From positions 1 through 32,201 of the forward strand of contig JBFMCE010000044.1 in assembly GCA_040754655.1 (NCBI GenBank): DNA of 32,201 nucleotides, given 5' to 3'. Each line of letters begins with the position of its first letter. Position 1 is the stretch's first letter. Shown in pieces: positions 8,426-16,802 of the stretch. The notes beneath the pieces were generated by a model. It did not search any database. It had not been told where the DNA came from and worked only from the letters and a program-made list of their open reading frames with translations. Position numbers and translations under genes: made by a program. Source of the stretch: Bdellovibrionota bacterium (GTDB taxonomy: Bacteria > Bdellovibrionota > UBA1018 > UBA923).

Positions 8426-10078
8426 ATGCGCTTTTTTGAAGCGTCATTTCTATCGCAGCTGCGTTTTTTACGGACTGCTGTTCTGGGTGCATCGGCGTTT
8501 TCTAGCTTGCTTGGTTTCGCGAAAGAGGTTTCGCTTGAGTGGAAACCTGTGCCGAAGGCAATCCGGTACGAACTCGAAATTGAACACAAAGGCAAGGCCA
8601 TCGTCAAGAAAACCACCGATGAGAACAAGTGGTCGGGCGACTTGGGATTTGGATTTTACGCGTATAAACTTCGAGCCATCGACAAGCTCAAACGCCCAGG
8701 TGCGTGGAGCGAGTCAAAAGCCCTGGTATTGATGCCAGATTCGCCCGAGCCCAGGTTTCCAAAAAACCGGGAACAAGTAGTGCTCTACGATGAAAAAGCC
8801 AGGCTCAAAATCGAATGGCGCGAAAGCCAAGGAGTTCAAAAGTATGAAGTCGATGTGTTTCGTGATGGCAAACGGATTTTCTCGCGCGCCGTAGAGGGCA
8901 CGCGGCTCGATATCAGCGAGATCGCCAGGCATGGAGCAGGAAAGTACACTTGGCGCGTGCAGTCGGTCGTAGAGGCCGACCCGCGAGCGCCCGCATCGCT
9001 TTCTGGGAAGAAATGGAAGAGCGAGCCTAAGGCCGACTCAGAATTCGAAGTCGTTTATAAAGATCTCGCAAAGCCTGAGCAAGTTTACCCAAGAGGAAAC
9101 GTCCTTCCACCCAAAGACGGCAAGATGATCTTCAAGTGGAAGTCAGTTGAGGGCGCTGAGGCGTATGAAGTCTCAGTAGTGAGGATGAGCGCCAGTTCCC
9201 GTGATCTAGCGTCGATGCCCGCGGGAAGCCATGCAAAAGTTTTTACAACAAAAGAAAATGAGATTCTTCTCAAAGTACCTAAAGAAGGAAAGTATTCGTG
9301 GCAAGTGAGGGCGCTGGCAAATATCGCTCCGGATAAGACTGCAGACGCAGCAGGGCCCAAATCGATTGCAGAGTTCAAGCTTGATCCCAGTGCACAATTC
9401 GCAGAAGGAACGGGTTACGTCGCGCTTTCAATCATGCTCGCCCCTTACGACTACAAGGTTCTAAGCCAGAACACGGGTTTAGAAGGCACTTTCAAATCGA
9501 GTTCCTTCACCTTGCGCTTGAGCGGAGAGAAATACTTCACTCCGCGCTGGGGCATCTCAGCCGCAGTCAATCGCACCGAGTTCAATGTGGTCTCGCGACA
9601 GATCTCAAGGCATGACTTTGAGCTTGCGGCAAGGTACCGTATCCCGCTTGATAAAGCGAAACACGGTTGGGTGGTGATGCCGAAATTTGGTTTTGAGTAT
9701 CGTGAGTATCCAGAGCTCAGGCCCTTGTCTTTGCAGAGGCAAGAGTTCAGCTTGATCAATCTCACTGCTATCGGCCCGGTTTTTGGATTCGACCTGAGAA
9801 AACAATTCAACGACGAGTTCAGTCTTGGTCTCAAGTTCGCTTACTACAGGCCGGTCATTCTGAGCGGAGTAGATGGCACCCTCAGTGGTGGTGCGAACGG
9901 AAGAAACCTGAGCATCGGAGCGCAAGGACTGTATTGGCTCTCGGCCAAGTGGGGTTTGGGCGCTGGTGGATTTCTAGAAGACCGAGGCGTTGGATACTTG
10001 CTCAATAACTTGCAGCAAGAAGTTCAGATGAACGCGTTCTACTTTTTTGGAAGCTTGATTTACAGTTTCGGCAGATGA
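8426..10078 (+). CDS. Exported protein with about three FN3-like repeats and a probable C-terminal outer-membrane beta-barrel
   Basis: ATG directly follows the upstream TAG; signal-peptide-like N-terminus; GFYAYKLRA, GKYTWRV, GKYSWQV; alternating aromatic/hydrophobic strands ending FYFFGSLIYSFGR. Confidence 0.75.
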   Translation: MRFFEASFLSQLRFLRTAVLGASAFSSLLGFAKEVSLEWKPVPKAIRYELEIEHKGKAIVKKTTDENKWSGDLGFGFYAYKLRAIDKLKRPGAWSESKALVLMPDSPEPRFPKNREQVVLYDEKARLKIEWRESQGVQKYEVDVFRDGKRIFSRAVEGTRLDISEIARHGAGKYTWRVQSVVEADPRAPASLSGKKWKSEPKADSEFEVVYKDLAKPEQVYPRGNVLPPKDGKMIFKWKSVEGAEAYEVSVVRMSASSRDLASMPAGSHAKVFTTKENEILLKVPKEGKYSWQVRALANIAPDKTADAAGPKSIAEFKLDPSAQFAEGTGYVALSIMLAPYDYKVLSQNTGLEGTFKSSSFTLRLSGEKYFTPRWGISAAVNRTEFNVVSRQISRHDFELAARYRIPLDKAKHGWVVMPKFGFEYREYPELRPLSLQRQEFSLINLTAIGPVFGFDLRKQFNDEFSLGLKFAYYRPVILSGVDGTLSGGANGRNLSIGAQGLYWLSAKWGLGAGGFLEDRGVGYLLNNLQQEVQMNAFYFFGSLIYSFGR

Positions 10079-10086
10079 GAAAAAGA

Positions 10087-10117
10087 AAAGGGATGGGTTT
10101 TTGCAACCCATCCCTTT
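10087..10117. terminator. Bidirectional intrinsic terminator
   Basis: Perfect 13-bp stem AAAGGGATGGGTT / AACCCATCCCTTT with a 5-nt loop, A-rich 5' flank and T-rich 3' end, between convergent genes. Confidence 0.85.
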
Positions 10118-10135
10118 CTTGCTATCCAAAAAGAA

Positions 10136-10786
10136 TTATTGGCAAACTCTTTGTCTGTCTTCGAATTGATTCAAAGTATTGTAGCTGTCGCGGCTATTAT
10201 CCCACTTTGATTTTTCAGGTTCGTTGCCTTTGACTTTGTATATGTCTCCGCTGCGGCTGAGTAAAAAAGCAACATATGAACTAAATGAGCGGCCAGTTCC
10301 AAAACATTGGTTTAGCTTATACTCATCAACACCTCTGACGGTGAGTACATCTCTCGTATTATCCCATGCGATGAAGGTGCCCGAGCGATCAAGTGCAGTG
10401 TTCACAATGGTCGTGTTTGTATTTGAAACAACGTTATATTTCTTCACATTTGGCATGATGACTTTCTTTGATGCCTTTGGGCACTGACCAGAAGATTCCG
10501 CATTGTGCAATACATACAAGTCGCCATCTTTAATGAAATAAACCATGGCGGCATCATTGCGGTGCTGCGAAACTTTGAAGTCGTCGACATTGTTCGTGAT
10601 CTGGCAAGGTTTACCGCGTACCTCACGAAAGAAGTCGCCGTCGCGTTCCAAGATATAGCGATCGGCAACATCATTGCTTCGAGCGCGCTTTTCTTCTTTG
10701 ATGGAATCATAAGCAACTGCGCTTAATGGCAATGCAAAAGCGAGTGCAGTGGACAGTAGGGTGCGAAAACTTATTGTAAACTTCAT
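10136..10786 (-). CDS. Secreted hypothetical protein with four beta-rich repeats
   Basis: SD AGGAG; signal peptide ending LSAVA; repeats YILERDGDFF, YFIKDGDLY, ALDRSGTFI, FLLSRSGDIY; four Cys. Confidence 0.8.
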   Translation of the reverse strand: MKFTISFRTLLSTALAFALPLSAVAYDSIKEEKRARSNDVADRYILERDGDFFREVRGKPCQITNNVDDFKVSQHRNDAAMVYFIKDGDLYVLHNAESSGQCPKASKKVIMPNVKKYNVVSNTNTTIVNTALDRSGTFIAWDNTRDVLTVRGVDEYKLNQCFGTGRSFSSYVAFLLSRSGDIYKVKGNEPEKSKWDNSRDSYNTLNQFEDRQRVCQ

Positions 10787-10879
10787 GTATCTGTACTCCT
10801 GAGGTTAAAATGAAACTAAGGCCCACCTACGAAGCACGTCACGCTTTGTCAATTTCAATGAGAATTAGTCAGGAAATTT

Positions 10880-12079
10880 TTAAGATGTTTCAATTCCAAG
10901 CCACCTCAAAATCTGCTTGGGATGCAGATCTTCGGGCACTTGAAAACCTTGGTCGGTTTTTTCATGTGTGCCCCAGTTCACAACTGTATAGTATTTTTGT
11001 CGGAATTTGCCCAGACGTCCCCGTGGCGCATGTGCGATTCGAATACGAAAGGCCGACAGCATGTCCCAGCACCAAAGCAAAAATGCAAAACTGCTTCGCG
11101 TTTCTGCTTTTAGATCAATCAGAGCAGATTGTTTTCGCGAAACGCCACCCGAGAAATAATTTTTGAGCCATTTCCCAAATCCCTCGATCACAACCACCCG
11201 AGAAATCTCGGGGACCTTTTGTTCGAGCAGCACTTTGAGTTGAGCAGCCAGTTCTTTTTGTTCAGGTCCACAGGTGATCACGACCGACTTTGGCTTTTGG
11301 GCCAAGAGCAAGCTTGGTTTCAGAGACCAGCTTTTTCCAGCTTCAACCCGCTTCTCATAAGGTTTTGGATGGGTTCCCCAATACCACACGAGGTCTTTCA
11401 TCTTGAGTTGGTAGGCTTGTTCGACTTTGATCTTGTGCTCGTCCCCGTGCCAGAAGCGATGAAAGTAGTGGATCTTTCGAGCCATCGTCTGGGGCTCGCG
11501 CGCGTGCCCATAGTGAAAGACATGGGCGTCTATGAGCTGGGTGCAAAGCGAGCGATGGTTTGCGCTCAAGTCACTTCGAAACGTTTGAGCATCGCCAAAA
11601 CTTTGCGCCCCAGAGTTCTTCCTTACAATTCGTATTTCGCTCGGATACCAATTCCATGGCCGCTGAACCAACGAGTAGCCTCCGTAGAAGTGCAGGTACT
11701 TGAACTTCAGCCCTTCAACGGGTTTTTCTTCTTGGTCGGCGCGTTCTACGGCCTGGCGAATTTTAGAGTGCTCGTTTTCGTGCAAAGCCTCGTCAGCTTG
11801 CAGATAAAGCGCCCAGCGGCCTTGGCACGCCTCAAGAGCAAGGTTGGTCTGTTCACTCAAAACCAATCCGCGGTCGGTTTTTGAATCATCCCAAACCGAG
11901 TGAATGAGTTTGACCTTCGGTGACCCGATCGCTGCAACCAGCTTCTCGGTTTCGTCTTCAGACTTGCCCACATTGACGATCAGCTCGTCGACGATCGGAA
12001 GCATCGACTCGATGCATTCAACGATCGGGAAGTCATACATCTGGGCATTTCTGATAAAGGTGAACCCACTGAGCAACAT
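10880..12079 (-). CDS. Glycosyltransferase family 2 with a C-terminal extension
   Basis: SGFTFIRN...ESMLPIVDELIVNVGKSED, YLQADE (variant DxD), VFHYGH; about 140 extra C-terminal residues. Confidence 0.88.
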   Translation of the reverse strand: MLLSGFTFIRNAQMYDFPIVECIESMLPIVDELIVNVGKSEDETEKLVAAIGSPKVKLIHSVWDDSKTDRGLVLSEQTNLALEACQGRWALYLQADEALHENEHSKIRQAVERADQEEKPVEGLKFKYLHFYGGYSLVQRPWNWYPSEIRIVRKNSGAQSFGDAQTFRSDLSANHRSLCTQLIDAHVFHYGHAREPQTMARKIHYFHRFWHGDEHKIKVEQAYQLKMKDLVWYWGTHPKPYEKRVEAGKSWSLKPSLLLAQKPKSVVITCGPEQKELAAQLKVLLEQKVPEISRVVVIEGFGKWLKNYFSGGVSRKQSALIDLKAETRSSFAFLLWCWDMLSAFRIRIAHAPRGRLGKFRQKYYTVVNWGTHEKTDQGFQVPEDLHPKQILRWLGIETS

Positions 12080-12119
12080 AAGATTTAAACACTAACGTGG
12101 TTGGTGTAAATTGAAAAGC

Positions 12120-13208
12120 ATGACGGGAAGGCACAAGGGTCCAAGCGTATTGGTCATTAAGAATCGGGCGATCGGTGACACGATCCTGCTGACTGGGTCG
12201 CTGCGACTATTGCGCCAACACCTTCCCCGCCATGAAATTCATGTCTTGGTGCGTGCTCCTGCGGGTGAATTGCTCGTAGGGTTGCCCTATGTCGATCGAA
12301 TCATTTCCGCGAAAGAGCCCGCAGGCGGGATAGACCGCATTGCGTATTGGACGCGGTTGATTCAAAGACTCCGAGTCACTCACTATGATTTTACCCTCAA
12401 TTTCCATGCGTCGATGCGCAGCTCGCTCACGGCTCGGTGCTTGAGGGCCAGCATTCGAGTCGCGAACCACCACGAGCTTCGCGGACGCAATTGGTTTTCA
12501 GATCTTAAGGTTCCGGGAAGGGGCAAGGTCAAACCTGTCATCGAGCGCGACCTCGACGTTCTTCGCGCCATCGGAATCCACGCGACGGTTGCCGATGCCC
12601 TGCCCGAGGTGGTGTTGAGCCCTGCTGAGATCCAAGAGGCGAAATCTCTCTTCGAGAATCGCCCGGCGGCGGCCAAGGGTGGCATGCGCATCTTCTTGGG
12701 CATTGGCGGAAGCCGCGCGACCAAGAGATGGCCCGCGGCTCACATGATCCGGCTGCTCGAGAAACTTGAAAAAGAGTGTGATGCTCAGTTCGTGATGTCG
12801 ACAGTCGCTACCGATCGGCACTGGTTGGAATCTTTTCTCCCACAGCTGAAGAGACATCCCAGCCTTGAAAAGAGGCTCGTGCATTTTGAAAATTTCTCGT
12901 TGCGCCAGACGGCGAAAGTCGTTTCGCAATGTTCTCTCTACGTAGGAAATGACTCAGGGTTGAAACATTTGGCCGTTGCTCTCGGGCTCAAGACCGTCAC
13001 TGTTTTTGGCCCTGAGGCGCCGCTAGAGTGGCATCCGTACTCGGTTGACAAGCATCCCTATCTTTTCATCCCAGAGCTTTCTTGCCGCACCGTGGGCGGC
13101 AAACACTGGTGTGCAATCCCTGTTTGCAAGCAGCACCAACACCGTTGTATGCAAGACATCGAGCCAGAGCAGGTTTTTCAAAAAATAACAGAGGTCTTAC
13201 GATGTTAG
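12120..13208 (+). CDS. Glycosyltransferase family 9 (LPS heptosyltransferase-like); alternative TTG start at 12111
   Basis: AIGDTIL, TKRWP, YVGNDSGLKHLAVALG, TVTVFGP, and a Cys-rich C-terminus ending CMQDIEPEQV. Confidence 0.92.
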   Translation: MTGRHKGPSVLVIKNRAIGDTILLTGSLRLLRQHLPRHEIHVLVRAPAGELLVGLPYVDRIISAKEPAGGIDRIAYWTRLIQRLRVTHYDFTLNFHASMRSSLTARCLRASIRVANHHELRGRNWFSDLKVPGRGKVKPVIERDLDVLRAIGIHATVADALPEVVLSPAEIQEAKSLFENRPAAAKGGMRIFLGIGGSRATKRWPAAHMIRLLEKLEKECDAQFVMSTVATDRHWLESFLPQLKRHPSLEKRLVHFENFSLRQTAKVVSQCSLYVGNDSGLKHLAVALGLKTVTVFGPEAPLEWHPYSVDKHPYLFIPELSCRTVGGKHWCAIPVCKQHQHRCMQDIEPEQVFQKITEVLRC

Positions 13209-14107
13209 TGAGCGGCTTCACGATCATCCGCAACGGCGTGAAATTTGATTTTCCGTTTCTAGAAAGCATTCAAAGCGCTCTCCCGGTTTGCGATGAATTC
13301 GTCGTGAATATAGGAGTTTCAGAAGACTCCACAAAGAAGGTGCTTGAAGACTTTCGGGCAGCACTACCGCAGGCCGAAGCAGCTAAACTAAAGTTTTTTG
13401 ATTCTCAATGGCCGGTAGATTCTGCTGAGAAGCGCAAGGGGGGTCAGATCTTGGCTGACCAGACGAACCTTGCTTTAAGCCAATGCCAAGGCACATGGTG
13501 CTTGTATCTACAGGCCGACGAGGTTTTGCACGAAGAAGATCATGCCAAGCTTCGAAGCCAACTCGAGCAGTACAGCAAGAACACGAAAATCGAGGGCGTG
13601 GTGCTCAACTACGTTCATTTTTACGGTACTTACAATGTCATTCAAACCTCTCGTTCGGCTTACCGCAGGGAGGTTCGCATCATCCGCAACCGAATCGGAG
13701 TGCAGTCGATCGGAGACGCCCAAGGCTTCAGGCATGACGATGGAAGGAAGCTCAACGCCGTCGTGAGCCGCGCCAGCGTTTATCATTACGGATGGGTTCG
13801 TCCTCAGGAAGTGATGAAAGCAAAGACTGCCTTCATGGACACGCTCTACCACCCTGAAGCCACGGTTGATTTACCGGCCACCGGCAATAATTATCTTTAC
13901 AAGCGCATCGTGGGATTGAGGCCTTTTACGGGGAGTCATCCTAAGTTCATGCAAGCCCGCGTTGAGGGATCGCCTCGTTTTGACTTTTCTAAGGTTCCTA
14001 AGGTATTTCATTGGAAAGACACTTGGAAAGTATTGTCGGGTTGGATAGAACAGATAACCGGCGTTCGGTTGTTCGAATATAAAAATTACAGGCGGATTAG
14101 GCTTTAA
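13202..14107 (+). CDS. Glycosyltransferase family 2 (paralogue of 10880..12079)
   Basis: ATG at 13202 overlaps the GT9 stop; MLVSGFTIIRNG...DFPFLESI, YLQADE, GDAQGF, YHYGWVR. Confidence 0.9.
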   Translation: MLVSGFTIIRNGVKFDFPFLESIQSALPVCDEFVVNIGVSEDSTKKVLEDFRAALPQAEAAKLKFFDSQWPVDSAEKRKGGQILADQTNLALSQCQGTWCLYLQADEVLHEEDHAKLRSQLEQYSKNTKIEGVVLNYVHFYGTYNVIQTSRSAYRREVRIIRNRIGVQSIGDAQGFRHDDGRKLNAVVSRASVYHYGWVRPQEVMKAKTAFMDTLYHPEATVDLPATGNNYLYKRIVGLRPFTGSHPKFMQARVEGSPRFDFSKVPKVFHWKDTWKVLSGWIEQITGVRLFEYKNYRRIRL

Positions 14108-14115
14108 CTTAAAAG

Positions 14116-14937
14116 ATGCAAAAACCACTCGCAAGTATCATCATGACAACGTACAACGCGCCAAGGCATTTGGCCCTTGCCTTGAGTGGGTTGCAAATTC
14201 AAAGTGAGCGCAACTTTGAGCTTCATATCGCAGATGACGGAAGCTCGTCTGAGACTTCAGAAGTGATCGAACGCTTCATGCAGCAAGCGCCGTTTTCGGT
14301 GGTCCATTCGTGGCAGCAGGATTTGGGCTATCGCAAAACAAAGATTCTCAATGAAGCCATCCGCAAAGCGAAATCAGATTATTTCATTTTCGTTGATGGA
14401 GACTGCGTCTGCCACGTCGACTTCGTGCGCAACCACTTGATGTATCGGCAAAAAGGCTATTACCTTGCGGGGAGGCGGGTTGAACTTGGGCCGGAATTCA
14501 GCGCAAGGCTCACTCCTGAAATGGTTTTAAGGGGTGATCTCAATCGTCCCAACGTTGGGCTTTTGATGAGTTGCCTGCGCAAAGACAGCGACTATTGGCA
14601 TCGCAGCCTTCCTCTTTACAATCCGTCACTTCGAAAGTGGTTGAAGATGGACAGGGTAGATGACCTCAAGGGCTGCAACTTCTCGGTCGATCGCGAGTCT
14701 TTGTTCAAGATCAATGGTTTTGACGAAGACTATGAGGGATACGCTAGGGAAGACACCGATCTTGAGCTGCGCTTGCAATATCTTGGTTTAAAGATCAAAT
14801 CCCTCAAGGGCCTGGCTATTCAGTATCACGTTTGGCACGACCGTTTGCCTGAGAGCGAGAACAATAAAGTGAAGTTGCGCTCGCTAGGTACTTCCAATAA
14901 TCCAATCTGCAAAAACGGCATCGTGAAGATGGCGTGA
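14116..14937 (+). CDS. Glycosyltransferase family 2 with a GT7C-like C-terminus
   Basis: SIIMTTYN, IADDGS, FVDGD, GCNFSV...INGFDEDYEGYAREDTDL...YHVWH. Confidence 0.92.
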   Translation: MQKPLASIIMTTYNAPRHLALALSGLQIQSERNFELHIADDGSSSETSEVIERFMQQAPFSVVHSWQQDLGYRKTKILNEAIRKAKSDYFIFVDGDCVCHVDFVRNHLMYRQKGYYLAGRRVELGPEFSARLTPEMVLRGDLNRPNVGLLMSCLRKDSDYWHRSLPLYNPSLRKWLKMDRVDDLKGCNFSVDRESLFKINGFDEDYEGYAREDTDLELRLQYLGLKIKSLKGLAIQYHVWHDRLPESENNKVKLRSLGTSNNPICKNGIVKMA

Positions 14938-14959
14938 GAAAGTCCCACGCCATCTTTTT
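14926..14959 (+). terminator. Intrinsic terminator overlapping the GT2 stop codon
   Basis: 11-bp stem AAGATGGCGTG / CACGCCATCTT with a 9-nt loop, followed by TTT. Confidence 0.7.
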
Positions 14960-14971
14960 GAAGATGTCCCG

Positions 14972-16657
14972 TTACTTGCGGATTTCTTTAATTTTTATTT
15001 TCTTCAGATCATCTTTCTTTCTCAAGACCTCGCATCGAAGCGTATAATCTTCCATTCCGCTCTTGTTGGCGAGCGACGGAATCTGGAAGTTCACCTGAAA
15101 ATGATCGCGTTCTTCCTGCTTGCGCAGAACCGCAGTAACAATCTTTGATTTTTGATCGCTGTCTATGGCGACTATGGCGTTTTCAACGGCTCTGACTTTG
15201 ATTTTAGAGTTCACATTCTTTCCGTCAACATTGACGAGCAACATGAGCTGAAAGCCAGACCGCTTGTGATTCTGTAGAACGACATTCCGAAAGCCAACTG
15301 AGATACTTGTCGGAATTGAACGGTTTTCGTCGGGCAAGTAGAGGTTCATTGAATACGTCCAGTCGTATACGTCGCCTAAGGCGGGATCACTATGGATTAA
15401 GCGTGGAGAAAATAAAGGTGGCTGATACTCTGTGTGCGTAATGACCGCGTCGTCCTCTCTTAAGACACAACCTATGTTTTCGGCTGGCAAGTTGCCTGCG
15501 TCGTCACGTTGGTCTTCTTTGAAGACATCTAAAAGAAGCATTGCCGTTGCTGTGTGATAATTGTGATAAACGGCAGGAGTGCCAAGCTCGCAGAATTGAA
15601 CCAAATGATTTGCAATCACGTACTGTTGGTTTCTTAGTGCGACAAGGTAGTTGATGAACTCGGAATGCCCCACTGGCTTCGAGGGAGGAGATGAAACGTC
15701 TTTTGATGTGAAAAAATCAGTGCAATAACTCGATGCGGTTTTGGCCATCGACCAGAAAAGAACAAGTTCAGAAACCGTCGAGTGAGGAAGCCATACACTC
15801 CCATCTTTGGTTGCTCCTAATTTGTAGTAGGAAAGCGCGTCCGCAACCAGTTCTCCGACCGCTGCACAGACGACTTCTTTTTTCATTGTGCTCATGATGG
15901 CCACTTCAAGCTTGGTTAGCGATTCATTTGTAATGTTATAAAATTCTTTCAATTTCTTGAGCTCATTTTGTCCTGGCAAGGCAAGCTTTGCGTTCTCAAT
16001 TAAAAAAACTTGAAGGCTTGTGGCGTCGGTTTCTCCAAAACCGTAGGTGTGAGCAAGTTCATGCGCGGTCAGCGCCATGAGCTCTAATTGCAGATTTGGG
16101 GGAGGAATTCGAGTGAGTCGACTGATGCTAAAACAGATTTTGCCTGCAGGTGACGCTGAAGCATCTGCGTGCTGGCCGTCTTTGTCGGTGCACGGGCCTT
16201 CTTGCCTGGCTTCCAGGGCAAAAGAAGAGTCTTCAAGGAAGGTCAGAAGTTGTTTGGGATTCACAGTGTTCCCTTTGAACATGCTCGTTAGGATACTTTT
16301 GATATCGGTGGGAACCTGGTTTGTGTTTTCGAGCGAACGTTGTGAAACGATAGCGTTTCCCAGTCGGACAAACATGTTCTTCAAAAGAGGTTTGAGCTTA
16401 TCTATGGCTTCAGCAACTTGTTCTTTTGAGCTGCGGGTTGCGTTGCCGCCCGAACTGTCGATGCCACCTAAGCTGTGTTCGGCGAGAAGGTGACTAGAGT
16501 CCTGGTCTGAAAGGTCATTGTTCGACCCTGAAGAGTGATCAGATTCTCTTCCGTCACGCTTATTTTGTGTCGACTCTTCTTTCGTCGAACATCCAGTGCT
16601 GATACTGATGACTGTTGCTAAAACAACGGTCAATAAAGCGAATTTAAACCACTTCAT
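14972..16657 (-). CDS. Putative lipoprotein with a HExxH motif
   Basis: SD AAGGAGG; lipobox-like ISTG-C; low-complexity tether; GGIDSSGGN; AHELAHTYGFGE. Confidence 0.8.
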   Translation of the reverse strand: MKWFKFALLTVVLATVISISTGCSTKEESTQNKRDGRESDHSSGSNNDLSDQDSSHLLAEHSLGGIDSSGGNATRSSKEQVAEAIDKLKPLLKNMFVRLGNAIVSQRSLENTNQVPTDIKSILTSMFKGNTVNPKQLLTFLEDSSFALEARQEGPCTDKDGQHADASASPAGKICFSISRLTRIPPPNLQLELMALTAHELAHTYGFGETDATSLQVFLIENAKLALPGQNELKKLKEFYNITNESLTKLEVAIMSTMKKEVVCAAVGELVADALSYYKLGATKDGSVWLPHSTVSELVLFWSMAKTASSYCTDFFTSKDVSSPPSKPVGHSEFINYLVALRNQQYVIANHLVQFCELGTPAVYHNYHTATAMLLLDVFKEDQRDDAGNLPAENIGCVLREDDAVITHTEYQPPLFSPRLIHSDPALGDVYDWTYSMNLYLPDENRSIPTSISVGFRNVVLQNHKRSGFQLMLLVNVDGKNVNSKIKVRAVENAIVAIDSDQKSKIVTAVLRKQEERDHFQVNFQIPSLANKSGMEDYTLRCEVLRKKDDLKKIKIKEIRK

Positions 16658-16679
16658 GCAGGCCTCCTTAATTATTGAA

Positions 16680-16694
16680 GCAATCGAGAGGCCA
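16680..16694 (-). promoter_or_regulatory. Candidate sigma54 (-24/-12) promoter for the lipoprotein gene
   Basis: The minus strand reads TGGCCTCTCGATTGC, with correct GG-N10-GC spacing, just upstream of the SD. Confidence 0.6.
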
Positions 16695-16802
16695 TTTATA
16701 GTCGATCCTTTTTATAGGAAATAGGTTTGTTTTATTATTTTTGCTTCCAAAAATTAACCTATCGGTTAATATATTATGCAAACTACTGAAATTACTTAAA
16801 AA

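Noticed and set aside
13082..13201. N-terminal extension of the GT2 ORF in the ORF track
   Set aside because: It overlaps the GT9 gene, and the paralogue starts at the equivalent of ATG 13202. The extension 21878-21934 was likewise dropped because it overlaps the GATase gene.
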